Origin: a virus
Direction: 5' to 3' (one strand)
Length of the DNA: 64,000 nt
IMG/VR virus record: IMGVR_UViG_3300025141_015556
Position numbers and translations under genes: made by a program. Below are positions 1 to 8,032 of the stretch, piece after piece. Position 1 is the first letter of the stretch; the number at the start of each line of letters is the position of its first letter. The notes under the pieces are model-generated. The model was not told the DNA's origin. It worked only from the letters and a program-made list of their open reading frames with translations, and did no database searches.

Positions 1-81
1 AATGATGATCCCTTGTCCTTTGACATAGCCCCGCTTCGTTTCAACGAGGGAGCCAACTCTGTACTTACTTTTTCGTGCCAT
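1..81 (-). CDS. Partial small early protein (SH3/KOW-like xxGxLV family), runs off the window edge
   Basis: Manual translation MARKSKYRVGSLVETKRGYVKGQGIII...; ATG lies 6 nt downstream of a -10 box. Confidence 0.55.
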   Translation of the reverse strand, partial: MARKSKYRVGSLVETKRGYVKGQGIII

Positions 82-87
82 GTTTAT

Positions 88-116
88 ATCTTATCACTTT
101 TCATCGCTCGTGTCAA
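88..116 (-). promoter_or_regulatory. Sigma70-type early promoter
   Basis: TTGACA-17 bp-TAAGAT with TG extension on the minus strand. Confidence 0.75.
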
Positions 117-429
117 CAAGAAAATCGTCCAATGCGTTCAAATAAGCCACACCGTTCGGGACTTGCCCTCGCAGGATGCCTCCGTGCTTTGCGATTACGT
201 TCGTTACCACTGATACCGGAACATAACCATACACCGTCTCAGTAGGCTCGTCAGGATTGTCGGCCCAGGGCATAATAATTTCTTCGGGGTGGCTCGGATA
301 GCCGATTTCTACCTGGGTGTACTTTTCTGCATCATCGATGCGCGGCGAACAATAAGCCCCATCGTGTGCCTGAACGGACATTCTAAACCCATCGCGACAT
401 ACGACCGCTTCATTTCTTTTGTAGGACAT
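94..429 (-). CDS. Conserved phage hypothetical protein
   Basis: 111-aa ORF with a C-x-DGFxMSVQA...YCSPR motif I recognise from unknown phage proteins; purine-rich RBS-like GAAGGA upstream. Confidence 0.7.
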   Translation of the reverse strand: MSYKRNEAVVCRDGFRMSVQAHDGAYCSPRIDDAEKYTQVEIGYPSHPEEIIMPWADNPDEPTETVYGYVPVSVVTNVIAKHGGILRGQVPNGVAYLNALDDFLVDTSDEK

Positions 430-445
430 AAGATTCCTTCGATTT

Positions 446-522
446 TGGTAGGGCAGCCGGGACTTGAACCCGGGACCGGCGCTTTATAAGAACGCTACTC
501 TGACCTACTGAGTTACTGCCCT
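446..522 (-). tRNA. tRNA-Ile (anticodon UAU), CCA encoded
   Basis: Folded by hand: acceptor AGGGCAG/CTGCCCT, anticodon arm GCGTT-CT TAT AA-AGCGC, T-arm CCGGG-TTCAAGT-CCCGG, ACCA end. Confidence 0.92.
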
Positions 523-624
523 GCGCGGGGAAGTAAGCCATTTCTGAGTATACTCTTAGGTTCGTAAGCGTCGGCCTAACTCTTTCTATGTTACCATTCC
601 GCTAGGGAGAAGGACTTTGTTTTC

Positions 625-891
625 CTACTCTTCAATCTCAAATGTGTCGTCGTCGGAGACACCACCAACAAAGTGATTCCTCACCTTCGACCAGTTTGTA
701 ACATCCCAGTCAAGCTCCTTGACCGTGACGCCACTCTTTTTTGCATAAGTAACCTTGTTCATCATCTGAGAGTAAGTAACACTTTCATCCATTTCATTTT
801 GAATTGCAAGATGCGCTTCCTGTCGGGTTTTTGACGCATTCCAGATTTCGATCAGCCGAATGGCAAAAGCCGTTTTATTTATATATTCCAT
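625..891 (-). CDS. Hypothetical early protein
   Basis: 88-aa ORF with AAGGA RBS, downstream of the promoter at 949-977. Confidence 0.7.
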   Translation of the reverse strand: MEYINKTAFAIRLIEIWNASKTRQEAHLAIQNEMDESVTYSQMMNKVTYAKKSGVTVKELDWDVTNWSKVRNHFVGGVSDDDTFEIEE

Positions 892-948
892 TTATTTTTC
901 CTTTTCTATTGGAGGCGGGCGAGACTGCCCGTTTTTCACTGTCCTTAT

Positions 949-977
949 AGTGTACCTCACGGAGTGAGGTTAGTCAA
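949..977 (-). promoter_or_regulatory. Sigma70-type promoter with palindromic spacer
   Basis: TTGACT-17 bp-TACACT; spacer contains the inverted repeat CCTCAC-3 nt-GTGAGG (955-969). Confidence 0.65.
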
Positions 978-1236
978 CCTTTTTCTTTCTTTTTTCGTAA
1001 CTTTCTTTCGCTTGTCCACCAAGCGCACCAATGTCTCCCAGGAAGTCAGACAACTGGTCGTCGCCTTTCTTTGTTCCTGTAAAGTACCGGGATGGGCCGA
1101 CGCGCATCGCATCCGGTGCGTTGGGCATCTGTCCGGTTTTCATATTCTCTCGGATTTCTTCATCGGTATCACCGTATGGCGACCACCAGCCGCCGCCGGG
1201 TTGAAGAATCTTTCCGTCTGGTCCCATTACACTCAT
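970..1236 (-). CDS. Hypothetical protein
   Basis: 88-aa ORF tightly packed in the minus-strand operon. Confidence 0.6.
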   Translation of the reverse strand: MSVMGPDGKILQPGGGWWSPYGDTDEEIRENMKTGQMPNAPDAMRVGPSRYFTGTKKGDDQLSDFLGDIGALGGQAKESYEKRKKKVD

Positions 1237-1238
1237 GT

Positions 1239-1475
1239 TTATTCAATTCCGTTCGTTGTTGTATTGTGATCACCGTATCCAAATAAGCGGCCAATAGGAA
1301 TAAATGAACCACCATCCTCGGGGTGCATTAGCCTTACTGCCACTGGACGACTATACAGCGCAACATACCAAAAACATTGCTCTTTGGAATCCCATTTAGC
1401 TACGGAAGTATCCATGTGAATTCCGAAGTAGCTGATATTATTTGCGAGTGTGGCCTTTGAAATCATTTTTTCCAT
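1239..1475 (-). CDS. Hypothetical protein
   Basis: 78-aa ORF in the operon. Confidence 0.6.
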   Translation of the reverse strand: MEKMISKATLANNISYFGIHMDTSVAKWDSKEQCFWYVALYSRPVAVRLMHPEDGGSFIPIGRLFGYGDHNTTTNGIE

Positions 1476-1683
1476 ATCTCTTGTTCGGTTGATGTTGGGG
1501 GGCGCGCAAACAAATTTTAAGTTCTATAAGCTCGCGAGCAGTTTTCTGAAACCACTCATCCATGTGACGGATGTGGCGCCTGTCAATAAGAAACTGCCAG
1601 GCTGCCCGAATAATTTCTATATCGTCATAAACGATCATTCCCTCAGCGATGTCGCGGGCCTCTTTAAATGTCATATCTTTCAT
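1438..1683 (-). CDS. Hypothetical protein
   Basis: 81-aa ORF immediately downstream of the promoter at 1692-1720. Confidence 0.65.
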   Translation of the reverse strand: MKDMTFKEARDIAEGMIVYDDIEIIRAAWQFLIDRRHIRHMDEWFQKTARELIELKICLRAPQHQPNKRYGKNDFKGHTRK

Positions 1684-1691
1684 GTATTACT

Positions 1692-1720
1692 ATCTTATCA
1701 TCGAATGCTTCTGTTGTCAA
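1692..1720 (-). promoter_or_regulatory. Sigma70-type early promoter
   Basis: TTGACA-17 bp-TAAGAT with TG extension. Confidence 0.75.
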
Positions 1721-1737
1721 GGATTTTTTTACTGCGG

Positions 1738-1822
1738 TGGTAGCGCGGGCGGGACTTGAACCCGCAAGCCTTAAGGCGGCAGATTTTAAGTCTGCTGTGT
1801 ATACCGATTCCACCACCGCGCC
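1738..1822 (-). tRNA. tRNA-Leu (anticodon UAA), CCA encoded
   Basis: Cloverleaf with GCAGA-CT TAA AA-TCTGC anticodon arm, long variable arm, GCGGG-TTCAAGT-CCCGC T-arm, ACCA. Confidence 0.93.
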
Positions 1823-1824
1823 AT

Positions 1825-1917
1825 TTACTTGCCATCATTCTTAACTTGAAAATATGTCCAAGCGATTCCTCCCACAACGCACATTAGCAGTCCTATAACT
1901 TCTATAATGTTTAACAT
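1825..1917 (-). CDS. 30-aa single-pass membrane micropeptide between two tRNAs
   Basis: Manual translation MLNIIEVIGLLMCVVGGIAWTYFQVKNDGK; almost exactly fills the inter-tRNA gap. Confidence 0.5.
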   Translation of the reverse strand: MLNIIEVIGLLMCVVGGIAWTYFQVKNDGK

Positions 1918-1924
1918 GATATTT

Positions 1925-2000
1925 TGGTGAGCCACCAGGGACTCGAACCCTGAACCCTCGGATTAAAAGTCCGATGCTCTGCCAGTTGAGCTAGCGGCCC
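1925..2000 (-). tRNA. tRNA-Lys (anticodon UUU), CCA encoded
   Basis: Cloverleaf with TCGGA-CT TTT AA-TCCGA anticodon arm, CAGGG-TTCGAGT-CCCTG T-arm, ACCA. Confidence 0.93.
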
Positions 2001-2011
2001 ATTTTTAATTT

Positions 2012-2119
2012 TTATTTTTCCTTTAAGGGGATGCTGCTCGCGCAAGCGAGGCACCCATACCACTGCTTCCATGAGTGCCAGCCGCAAAATCGACAGTAAA
2101 ACTTATTTTCATCACTCAT
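2012..2119 (-). CDS. 35-aa putative zinc-ribbon micropeptide
   Basis: Manual translation MSDENKFYCRFCGWHSWKQWYGCLACASSIPLKEK with two CxxC pairs; ATG abuts the upstream stop codon. Confidence 0.5.
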   Translation of the reverse strand: MSDENKFYCRFCGWHSWKQWYGCLACASSIPLKEK

Positions 2120-2323
2120 CTAAATATTTTCCAAAGGATGCAGTGCTATTATGGTATCTTCTTGTTCGCGTGTCAAGCCATTTTGCTCAGCCCACCGCTT
2201 TTTTGCTTCTTTGGCGTCAAGCGCGGGAATGTGTCCCAGCTTCTTATGCCGCCATGCCCCTTCTTCCAAAGGAAGTTCATAGATTTCAAAGTTTATTTCG
2301 TAGTCTCCATGAAATACTGTCAT
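2120..2323 (-). CDS. Hypothetical protein
   Basis: 67-aa ORF; ATGA overlap with the upstream gene. Confidence 0.6.
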   Translation of the reverse strand: MTVFHGDYEINFEIYELPLEEGAWRHKKLGHIPALDAKEAKKRWAEQNGLTREQEDTIIALHPLENI

Positions 2324-2523
2324 GCTCTGCTCACTACTTCAACATCTTCAAGCTGCCAAGTCCACGTACCTTCTTCGCCGGTATGTTGATGTCGCGTCAG
2401 AACCTGCACGGCGAGGTGGGTGTCTTCCCAATCCGGCCGCATATCGAACACTTCGGACATAACAATTCCAAGTCTGCGGTCGTTGCAGTCGGCGCAGTAT
2501 CTTACCAAGTCACCGATTTTCAT
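2320..2523 (-). CDS. Small SH3/KOW-like protein (MKIGDLV family)
   Basis: Start re-assigned to the ATG at 2523, giving MKIGDLVRY... Confidence 0.65.
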   Translation of the reverse strand: MKIGDLVRYCADCNDRRLGIVMSEVFDMRPDWEDTHLAVQVLTRHQHTGEEGTWTWQLEDVEVVSRA

Positions 2524-2749
2524 AGGACACAATTTCTGATTCATCAACAAAATTAAGGACTTCCCCGCTCGCAAGCAAAAGAATTCTATACTCTCGCGAC
2601 TGACTAAAATTGAAATTATCTACCCCAAGAATCGTGCCAAATTGCCCCTGTCGTTCTTCATGGTATCCCATGCGAAACCGGACGGTTTGACCCTGCCGAA
2701 GTAGCTCATGTGCGGTGACTGAATAACCCTTCAAGTATTGCTCGTTCAC
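2510..2749 (-). CDS. Small SH3/KOW-like protein
   Basis: LRQGQTVRF...FGTILGV beta-rich pattern; GGAGG RBS before the GTG start. Confidence 0.6.
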   Translation of the reverse strand: MNEQYLKGYSVTAHELLRQGQTVRFRMGYHEERQGQFGTILGVDNFNFSQSREYRILLLASGEVLNFVDESEIVSYENR

Positions 2750-2799
2750 TTTGTTTCCTCCGCTGAACTGACGAGCCGCTCGCCAATCTTCATACCATT

Positions 2800-2828
2800 A
2801 GTATAGCAAGAAACCCGCAGAACGTCAA
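2800..2828 (-). promoter_or_regulatory. Sigma70-type early promoter
   Basis: TTGACG-17 bp-TATACT immediately after the stop of 2831..4462. Confidence 0.7.
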
Positions 2829-2830
2829 CA

Positions 2831-4462
2831 CTAATTTATAATTTTTTGCCATCGGGAAAAAACTTTTGACTCCTGGAGATCCTCGGGATTTCTCGGCAGC
2901 CTCGACCTAGTAATGCGGGGCGATGCGAACTCGGGGTCTTCTTTCTTCAGTGCCACGACTCTTCGTCTCAATTCGTGAAAGTCAAGTTCTTCTTCCCCAG
3001 CCTCACGCGCCATAATCTTTTGTTTTATCATTTCTTTCACGTAATCATCGGGGTCTGTCTTTTCTAGTATTTCTTCTAGCGTAGAGGTGGCAACCGTAGG
3101 ATTCCAGGCAATCTTTTTCCACACGGGCAGGAAGAATTCTTTGAGGCGGTGAAACTGACGCGGCGAGACGTTTGCATACCAGTCGGAGTCTCCTTTATTG
3201 TGCTCTGAACCGCGAAGGGATCGGTCCCAATTTTCGTGGGCTTCCTGATAATTCCCCCATGTCTTTTCCCACAATTCTTGCGCGAATTCCGGAGATACTT
3301 CGCGTTTGGCGAGGACGCCTTTAAGGCTAACAGCATAGCTATTTAGCCCTTGCACACCGCCTAGGTAATCTTTCGCGGAAATATCTAGATGCATCAACTT
3401 TCTTAATGTTTCCTCGGAAGCGTTTGGGTGGTCCGCTATCTTCATGTAGTCTCCGTACTCCATTTCCTCGCTATCGAGTAGTTCATCTAAAACCTCGGGA
3501 TGGGTTGAAGGATCTTTTATTTTAAATTTTCTATCATGCTTACGCAGAATTGAATACTTCTCGGGTGCTTCTGTCCGCATGAGCATATTATGAAGGCGGG
3601 AAGCGATCCGGTGCGGCAGCGGGCGATCATTGTCGTCCATGAACTGACCAGATCCATAATGAAATTGCATGCGCTGCTGATAGCGAAAGCCGAGAGGGGC
3701 ATCCGGGATTTCTTCTCTTTGCTCAAAGTAAAACAGCGGATCGTCTTCTTCGTAGTACTCAGCGAAGTAATCTAACCCAGGCGCTGCCGTGCACCAGTCG
3801 GTGCCCTTCCCCAATTCGCATGCTGCTCCCTTGTTGTGGAGCGCAGCAATAAACCAATCCTCGTCGTCTCGGAAGACCTCGGTGCCTTCCTCGACATTAG
3901 CATAGCTCTGCTTTTCTTGATAATCGCGAATGTCATCGCGAGCGTCGAGAACCACTTGAGCCAGTTCACCGATGCCTCCAATCTGATTAAGGTCTGGCTT
4001 CTCCATAAGGTGCTTGTAATTAAAATACATATGAAGATCTTCCATAATCGACTCATCATCTTCGGCGTAGTCGTGCACAACCTTTTTCATCATGCGCGGC
4101 TGCGTTCGCATTAAACGTAGCAACCACAAGAGCGCCAGGGCCTGATTAGATTTGTCGCGACGAGTGCGGTCTGTCTCAATGTCCTCGGGGATCATATCCC
4201 AAATCCAGCCTTTGAGGCTGTCGTGCATGGTGGACACCATGAGGTCTAGTTTGTCGGGGAGTATATTATATCCCTCGTCGTCAAAAATATCTTTCCACTC
4301 CCATGGGTTTGACTGTGCATAATTTATGGCGTATTGCTTAATAGCTTTGCGCAGTTTTTTGGAGTCAAGGCTTTCTTTTGCTTTCTCCAGAGAGACTTCG
4401 TTTAAAAGTTGTTTCACTTCAACGACCTGGTGAGAAAGTTTTATTGTGATTTTGCTTACCAT
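2831..4462 (-). CDS. Putative internal head protein with a GTxWC domain and LRV-like repeats
   Basis: GKGTDWCTAA motif; HPNASEETL and NPTVATSTL repeats; N-terminal LLNE and C-terminal LQESKVFSRWQKI. Confidence 0.75.
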   Translation of the reverse strand: MVSKITIKLSHQVVEVKQLLNEVSLEKAKESLDSKKLRKAIKQYAINYAQSNPWEWKDIFDDEGYNILPDKLDLMVSTMHDSLKGWIWDMIPEDIETDRTRRDKSNQALALLWLLRLMRTQPRMMKKVVHDYAEDDESIMEDLHMYFNYKHLMEKPDLNQIGGIGELAQVVLDARDDIRDYQEKQSYANVEEGTEVFRDDEDWFIAALHNKGAACELGKGTDWCTAAPGLDYFAEYYEEDDPLFYFEQREEIPDAPLGFRYQQRMQFHYGSGQFMDDNDRPLPHRIASRLHNMLMRTEAPEKYSILRKHDRKFKIKDPSTHPEVLDELLDSEEMEYGDYMKIADHPNASEETLRKLMHLDISAKDYLGGVQGLNSYAVSLKGVLAKREVSPEFAQELWEKTWGNYQEAHENWDRSLRGSEHNKGDSDWYANVSPRQFHRLKEFFLPVWKKIAWNPTVATSTLEEILEKTDPDDYVKEMIKQKIMAREAGEEELDFHELRRRVVALKKEDPEFASPRITRSRLPRNPEDLQESKVFSRWQKIIN

Positions 4463-4466
4463 AGCT

Positions 4467-5201
4467 TTATCCCAGACGCCTCATAATTACATCAGGCCGG
4501 CCATAGCGATAACTGTTATATTTTAAGTTGGGATTTATTTCTAATGAAAAATTATCTTCCGCCTGTACTTTCACTTCCTCGTTTGGAAGATCGTTGGGAT
4601 CGTCATGTATCATTTCATCGAGCGCTTCGGCATAAACACTGGTTTCGGAATTCAAAACATTTACTGGTTCATAATTCCATGTTGCAGGTTTATATTGTTC
4701 GCTCCACTGATAAATTTCATATACGTCGATAAACCCATGTTTTCTGTACAGGCCACTCAAAAAACCATCAAAGTGGTCCAAGCGACCACCTCCAACTTCT
4801 TTTGCCTTTCGCATGAATTCATTACCAAGACCTCGCAAATCGGAATTATTATGAACACTTACTATGTCATCTCCATCTTTAATTGCGAAGCCTGCGCTTT
4901 GATCTTCTAATAAATAAAGATCCATTCGGCCCAGTTCATCAATAGAATAATAAGTTAAAAAGCCAGAACGCTTGCCTTTATACAGCGACTCAGCAAATCT
5001 TTCGACCACTTCGGCATTTGGGTTTTCCGCCAAGCTGACGATATAATTTAATCCGGCGGCGATCTCTTCGTTTAAATTTTCTTCATCTTGAAAAACAGAA
5101 AGAGCTAGCATCGAATTGATAGCAATTTCAGTTAACTCGTTGCTTATTTCCGCTTCTGATTCTGTGAGATAAGAGCGCCAGCCCTCAAAAAGTTTGTGCA
5201 T
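4467..5201 (-). CDS. GNAT-like acetyltransferase-fold protein with N-terminal leader (putative virion cargo)
   Basis: Start re-assigned to MHKLFEGWRSYLTE; DIVSVHN...RGLG...GGxRLDHFD...LYRKHGF fits GNAT motifs A and B. Confidence 0.65.
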   Translation of the reverse strand: MHKLFEGWRSYLTESEAEISNELTEIAINSMLALSVFQDEENLNEEIAAGLNYIVSLAENPNAEVVERFAESLYKGKRSGFLTYYSIDELGRMDLYLLEDQSAGFAIKDGDDIVSVHNNSDLRGLGNEFMRKAKEVGGGRLDHFDGFLSGLYRKHGFIDVYEIYQWSEQYKPATWNYEPVNVLNSETSVYAEALDEMIHDDPNDLPNEEVKVQAEDNFSLEINPNLKYNSYRYGRPDVIMRRLG

Positions 5202-5205
5202 ACTA

Positions 5206-5214
5206 TAATTAGTA
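5206..5214 (-). promoter_or_regulatory. Putative late promoter motif (TACTAATTA)
   Basis: Same CTAnTTA motif precedes the structural genes; 4 nt upstream of the ATG. Confidence 0.65.
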
Positions 5215-5299
5215 TGCACCCGGGTAAAGAGAAAGGTGATAGGGCCCAACCAACCTATCAATCCACCCGCGCCTGCGGGGTAACTTCATTTTCCTTCTT

Positions 5300-5803
5300 T
5301 TATTTGATTTCAATCTTTCTAATTAGTGTCTCGGTCTGTGTTGGCTGCAATTTTGGAATCGCTAGAGTTAGAACGCCATTTTCATATGCAGCCGTAATTG
5401 CACTTTCGTCAAGATTTTCACCAAGTTGGAAGGAACGCGCAAAAGCAGAACGCTTCACTTCGCGTCTGGCATACTGCGAATCTTCAACGTCGGTCCGCTG
5501 ATTACTTTCGCCTCGAATTGTTAACACTCCGTCGGTTACTTCAACGTCCACATTCTCTTTGGTCAAGCCGGGGATTGCTGCTTCAATCTCTAGACGATCA
5601 TCGAATGTAAGAACATTCACTTTGGGATAAGTGCCCTGTAAAAAGAAGTCCTGTCCAAATTCTTTGTGGATATCGGGGAAAAAATCCCCCCACATAGAAT
5701 TGATTAGTTCATCAAATGGGCTAAAGAGTTCCCGCTTAGAAATTGTGCGTGCGGGGAACGCACTTCTACGAATTATACTTGTCATTTTCTTTTTCTCCTT
5801 CAT
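5300..5803 (-). CDS. Small heat-shock protein (Hsp20/alpha-crystallin)
   Basis: YPKVNV...IPGLTKENVDV...FARSFQL...AAYENGVLTLAIPK. Confidence 0.93.
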   Translation of the reverse strand: MKEKKKMTSIIRRSAFPARTISKRELFSPFDELINSMWGDFFPDIHKEFGQDFFLQGTYPKVNVLTFDDRLEIEAAIPGLTKENVDVEVTDGVLTIRGESNQRTDVEDSQYARREVKRSAFARSFQLGENLDESAITAAYENGVLTLAIPKLQPTQTETLIRKIEIK

Positions 5804-5895
5804 CTAATGTTAGTACAAAGTTACAGACAGTCACATAGATCTGCCTATACTATAAATATAATCATCTTTCTAAAAGAGTCAAATTAAATCTCTGA

Positions 5896-6132
5896 TTATA
5901 GACTTTCTCGTTTTTTCCATCGGTAACGCCACGCATCCTCACACTTCCCTAGGTGGTTCAAGTGATGAATGCAATCAGTGTTTTTGTTGCTAATGTTTCG
6001 ACACCTGCGCAGCTCTGACCCGGGGCACTTCATCAAAATTTTTTCAAGAATCTTCAGAAGAGTTCTTTTCAGCTTCTTCCTTGATTTCTTGAAGGCGCCT
6101 CTGAATGTATGGATGGATAGGTTGTTGCTCAT
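5896..6132 (-). CDS. Basic Cys/His-containing hypothetical protein
   Basis: 78-aa ORF with a CTAATTA motif 5 nt upstream of the ATG; overlaps 6044..6259. Confidence 0.4.
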   Translation of the reverse strand: MSNNLSIHTFRGAFKKSRKKLKRTLLKILEKILMKCPGSELRRCRNISNKNTDCIHHLNHLGKCEDAWRYRWKKRESL

Positions 6133-6259
6133 TATAGTAATTAGTCGATGTGCCAGCAGCCATCTCTTTAATACGCCTGGAAGTGTAGCTTAGAACTTCT
6201 GGATTTAATTGAATGATCCCGTTGCTTATCCTATGTTTCATTTTTGTTCCCCTGTTCAA
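6044..6259 (-). CDS. Hypothetical protein
   Basis: ORF in the early operon; likely ATG start at 6241 after AGGGGA. Confidence 0.5.
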   Translation of the reverse strand: MNRGTKMKHRISNGIIQLNPEVLSYTSRRIKEMAAGTSTNYYNEQQPIHPYIQRRLQEIKEEAEKNSSEDS

Positions 6260-6437
6260 ATGTTTTTAAGTAATCGGAGTGAATGCGGTAGTCTTCACCA
6301 TCAAGCCCAAGCACATTCCAAACATCCGCCTCTATGGCAGATATCATCGAAATGAGGAGCCCTGCTCTAAAATTTGGGCCCTCTTCTGTGCGAATTTCGT
6401 ATTCCACCAAATCGCCGATCTTAAGTTCGTTACTCAA
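6231..6437 (-). CDS. Small SH3/KOW-like protein (KIGDLV family)
   Basis: LKIGDLVEY...AGLLI...WNVL. Confidence 0.6.
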   Translation of the reverse strand: MSNELKIGDLVEYEIRTEEGPNFRAGLLISMISAIEADVWNVLGLDGEDYRIHSDYLKTFEQGNKNET

Positions 6438-6511
6438 GCTTGTTCACTCAATTTATTTTGTGGCGTCGATCTACGAAATTTATCATATTCTCTGTTCAAC
6501 TCCACACTCTT

Positions 6512-6540
6512 ATAATACATGTTTTTTTTCGAAAGGTCAA
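6512..6540 (-). promoter_or_regulatory. Sigma70-type promoter
   Basis: TTGACC-17 bp-TATTAT, immediately after the stop of 6545..6925. Confidence 0.6.
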
Positions 6541-6544
6541 GCAA

Positions 6545-6925
6545 TTATTCATTTTCTCCGAACTTTTCTTGATCGCCGTCGTCATATGTTATAATCGTGA
6601 GATTCGAGGGGTGAGGATCAATATGGACTTTTACAAAATCTGACATTGAATCAAAAATAGCTATGCCGCCTCGGGGAGGAGGATATAGCCAATGCACCAT
6701 ACATTGCCCTGTGGCAAGTGTGACTCCTTCAATTACAACTCCCTCGCCGGATACGCCCGTTTCATCATGGCGCCTCGCCACCGTGAAAGTACGAATCCCT
6801 TGAGGAGCCAATTTAGGAAGCGGTTTGGGCTTCAAATCGGCTTCAGTGGCGGCATCCTGTACCTCGTCCGGATTTTTCCCTTCGATACTTTTTTCACTCT
6901 GTTGCATATGTAACCGCCAATTCAT
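6545..6925 (-). CDS. Conserved phage hypothetical protein
   Basis: RTF..R..DETGVSGEGVV.EGV....G.C..HW motif that I recognise from unknown phage proteins. Confidence 0.7.
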   Translation of the reverse strand: MNWRLHMQQSEKSIEGKNPDEVQDAATEADLKPKPLPKLAPQGIRTFTVARRHDETGVSGEGVVIEGVTLATGQCMVHWLYPPPRGGIAIFDSMSDFVKVHIDPHPSNLTIITYDDGDQEKFGENE

Positions 6926-7283
6926 AAATTTCTCTTATCCCGGGAACCACATCATAAATAGATAGTTCCTCGCCATGTACCCATTTCCAGTCCGTATGCT
7001 CCCAATCAATTTTTAATTCACCCGAATACGTATTGGAAAAATATATTGCTACTTTTTCATCTACCGATAACAATCGAAGCTTTTCAACCATAAGGCCTGT
7101 CTCTTCCTGCGTTTCACGAATAGCGGCGGAAGAAGGAAGCTCATCTTTTTCTATTTTGCCGCCCGGGAGGCCCCATTTTTCTGGCATCCACACGCTTACA
7201 GCAGCCCTCTTTAGAAGCAAGAGGCGCCTATTTTTATCAAAGAGCATCACTCCCGCTCCCTTCGGCATTACTTCTTTTTTCAT
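6894..7283 (-). CDS. NUDIX hydrolase
   Basis: Nudix box GGKIEKDELPSSAAIRETQEETGL. Confidence 0.93.
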   Translation of the reverse strand: MKKEVMPKGAGVMLFDKNRRLLLLKRAAVSVWMPEKWGLPGGKIEKDELPSSAAIRETQEETGLMVEKLRLLSVDEKVAIYFSNTYSGELKIDWEHTDWKWVHGEELSIYDVVPGIREIYELAVTYATE

Positions 7284-7284
7284 T

Positions 7285-8028
7285 TTACTGTTCCGTCACC
7301 GACATACTCGAATCATACGCTTTTCTTATTATATCATAAAGTATCTTCATATGTCCACTCCTTCTTAAAACTTTAAACGCTAAATTTTCAACCGAAAAAA
7401 CTCCGCCCGTTTCCAGACCGGATCGTCTCATTTTTTTTAGTTTGTTTTTTAATTTAGCGCCATGTCTTTGAACAGATGCGTAGTCTCCCCGGTCGTGCGT
7501 ATTTTTTAATTTTACAATTTCTCTCATTAAGGCGCCAGCTTTTTTACTAACATTTAATTCATCCACTTCTGGCTCTCTGCGTCTAGGCCTTACAAGCCAC
7601 TCGTCTCTCATCAGCGAGTACACTCCAGTTGAAGTGTGGGACTCTTGTTCGTCTTGGATATAAAGTTCAACTTCGTAACCCTTAATACGAATATCGTGCA
7701 CTTTGTTCCAATTGGATCGAATTGCATCAAAAAACTTTTTTACGAGCTCAGTATTTTCGTCAACTTCCGAAAAATTAATAAGGAGATGAAGATCAATATC
7801 GGAATATTTTGACCAATTGTAGTTAGCCAAAGAGCCGGTAATAATTACATCTTTTAATTGAGCGCCGGCAATGTCCAGCCTATTCATAAAATCTTCTACT
7901 ATTAACATCAGACGATCTTTAATCTCTGGGCGTGGTGCAACATCTCCAACCCACAGGTCTTGATTTAATTCAGGCTGTACGTCAAATGCAAAGAGTGTAT
8001 CTACTTTGGGACGAATTGTTATTTTCAA
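7285..8028 (-). CDS. Pol-beta superfamily nucleotidyltransferase
   Basis: ITGSLANYNWSKYSDIDLH (GS...DxD) and a third acidic residue in VELYIQD. Confidence 0.8.
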   Translation of the reverse strand: MKITIRPKVDTLFAFDVQPELNQDLWVGDVAPRPEIKDRLMLIVEDFMNRLDIAGAQLKDVIITGSLANYNWSKYSDIDLHLLINFSEVDENTELVKKFFDAIRSNWNKVHDIRIKGYEVELYIQDEQESHTSTGVYSLMRDEWLVRPRRREPEVDELNVSKKAGALMREIVKLKNTHDRGDYASVQRHGAKLKNKLKKMRRSGLETGGVFSVENLAFKVLRRSGHMKILYDIIRKAYDSSMSVTEQ

Positions 8029-8032
8029 AATA

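Noticed and set aside
523-624. Possible additional tRNA or ncRNA upstream of tRNA-Ile
   Set aside because: I could not fold a cloverleaf or find a T-loop with CCA; no supportable structure.
5215-5299. Two hairpins downstream of hsp20 as a novel RNA
   Set aside because: Adequately explained as a terminator-like structure (TGATAGG/CCTATCA followed by a pyrimidine tract).
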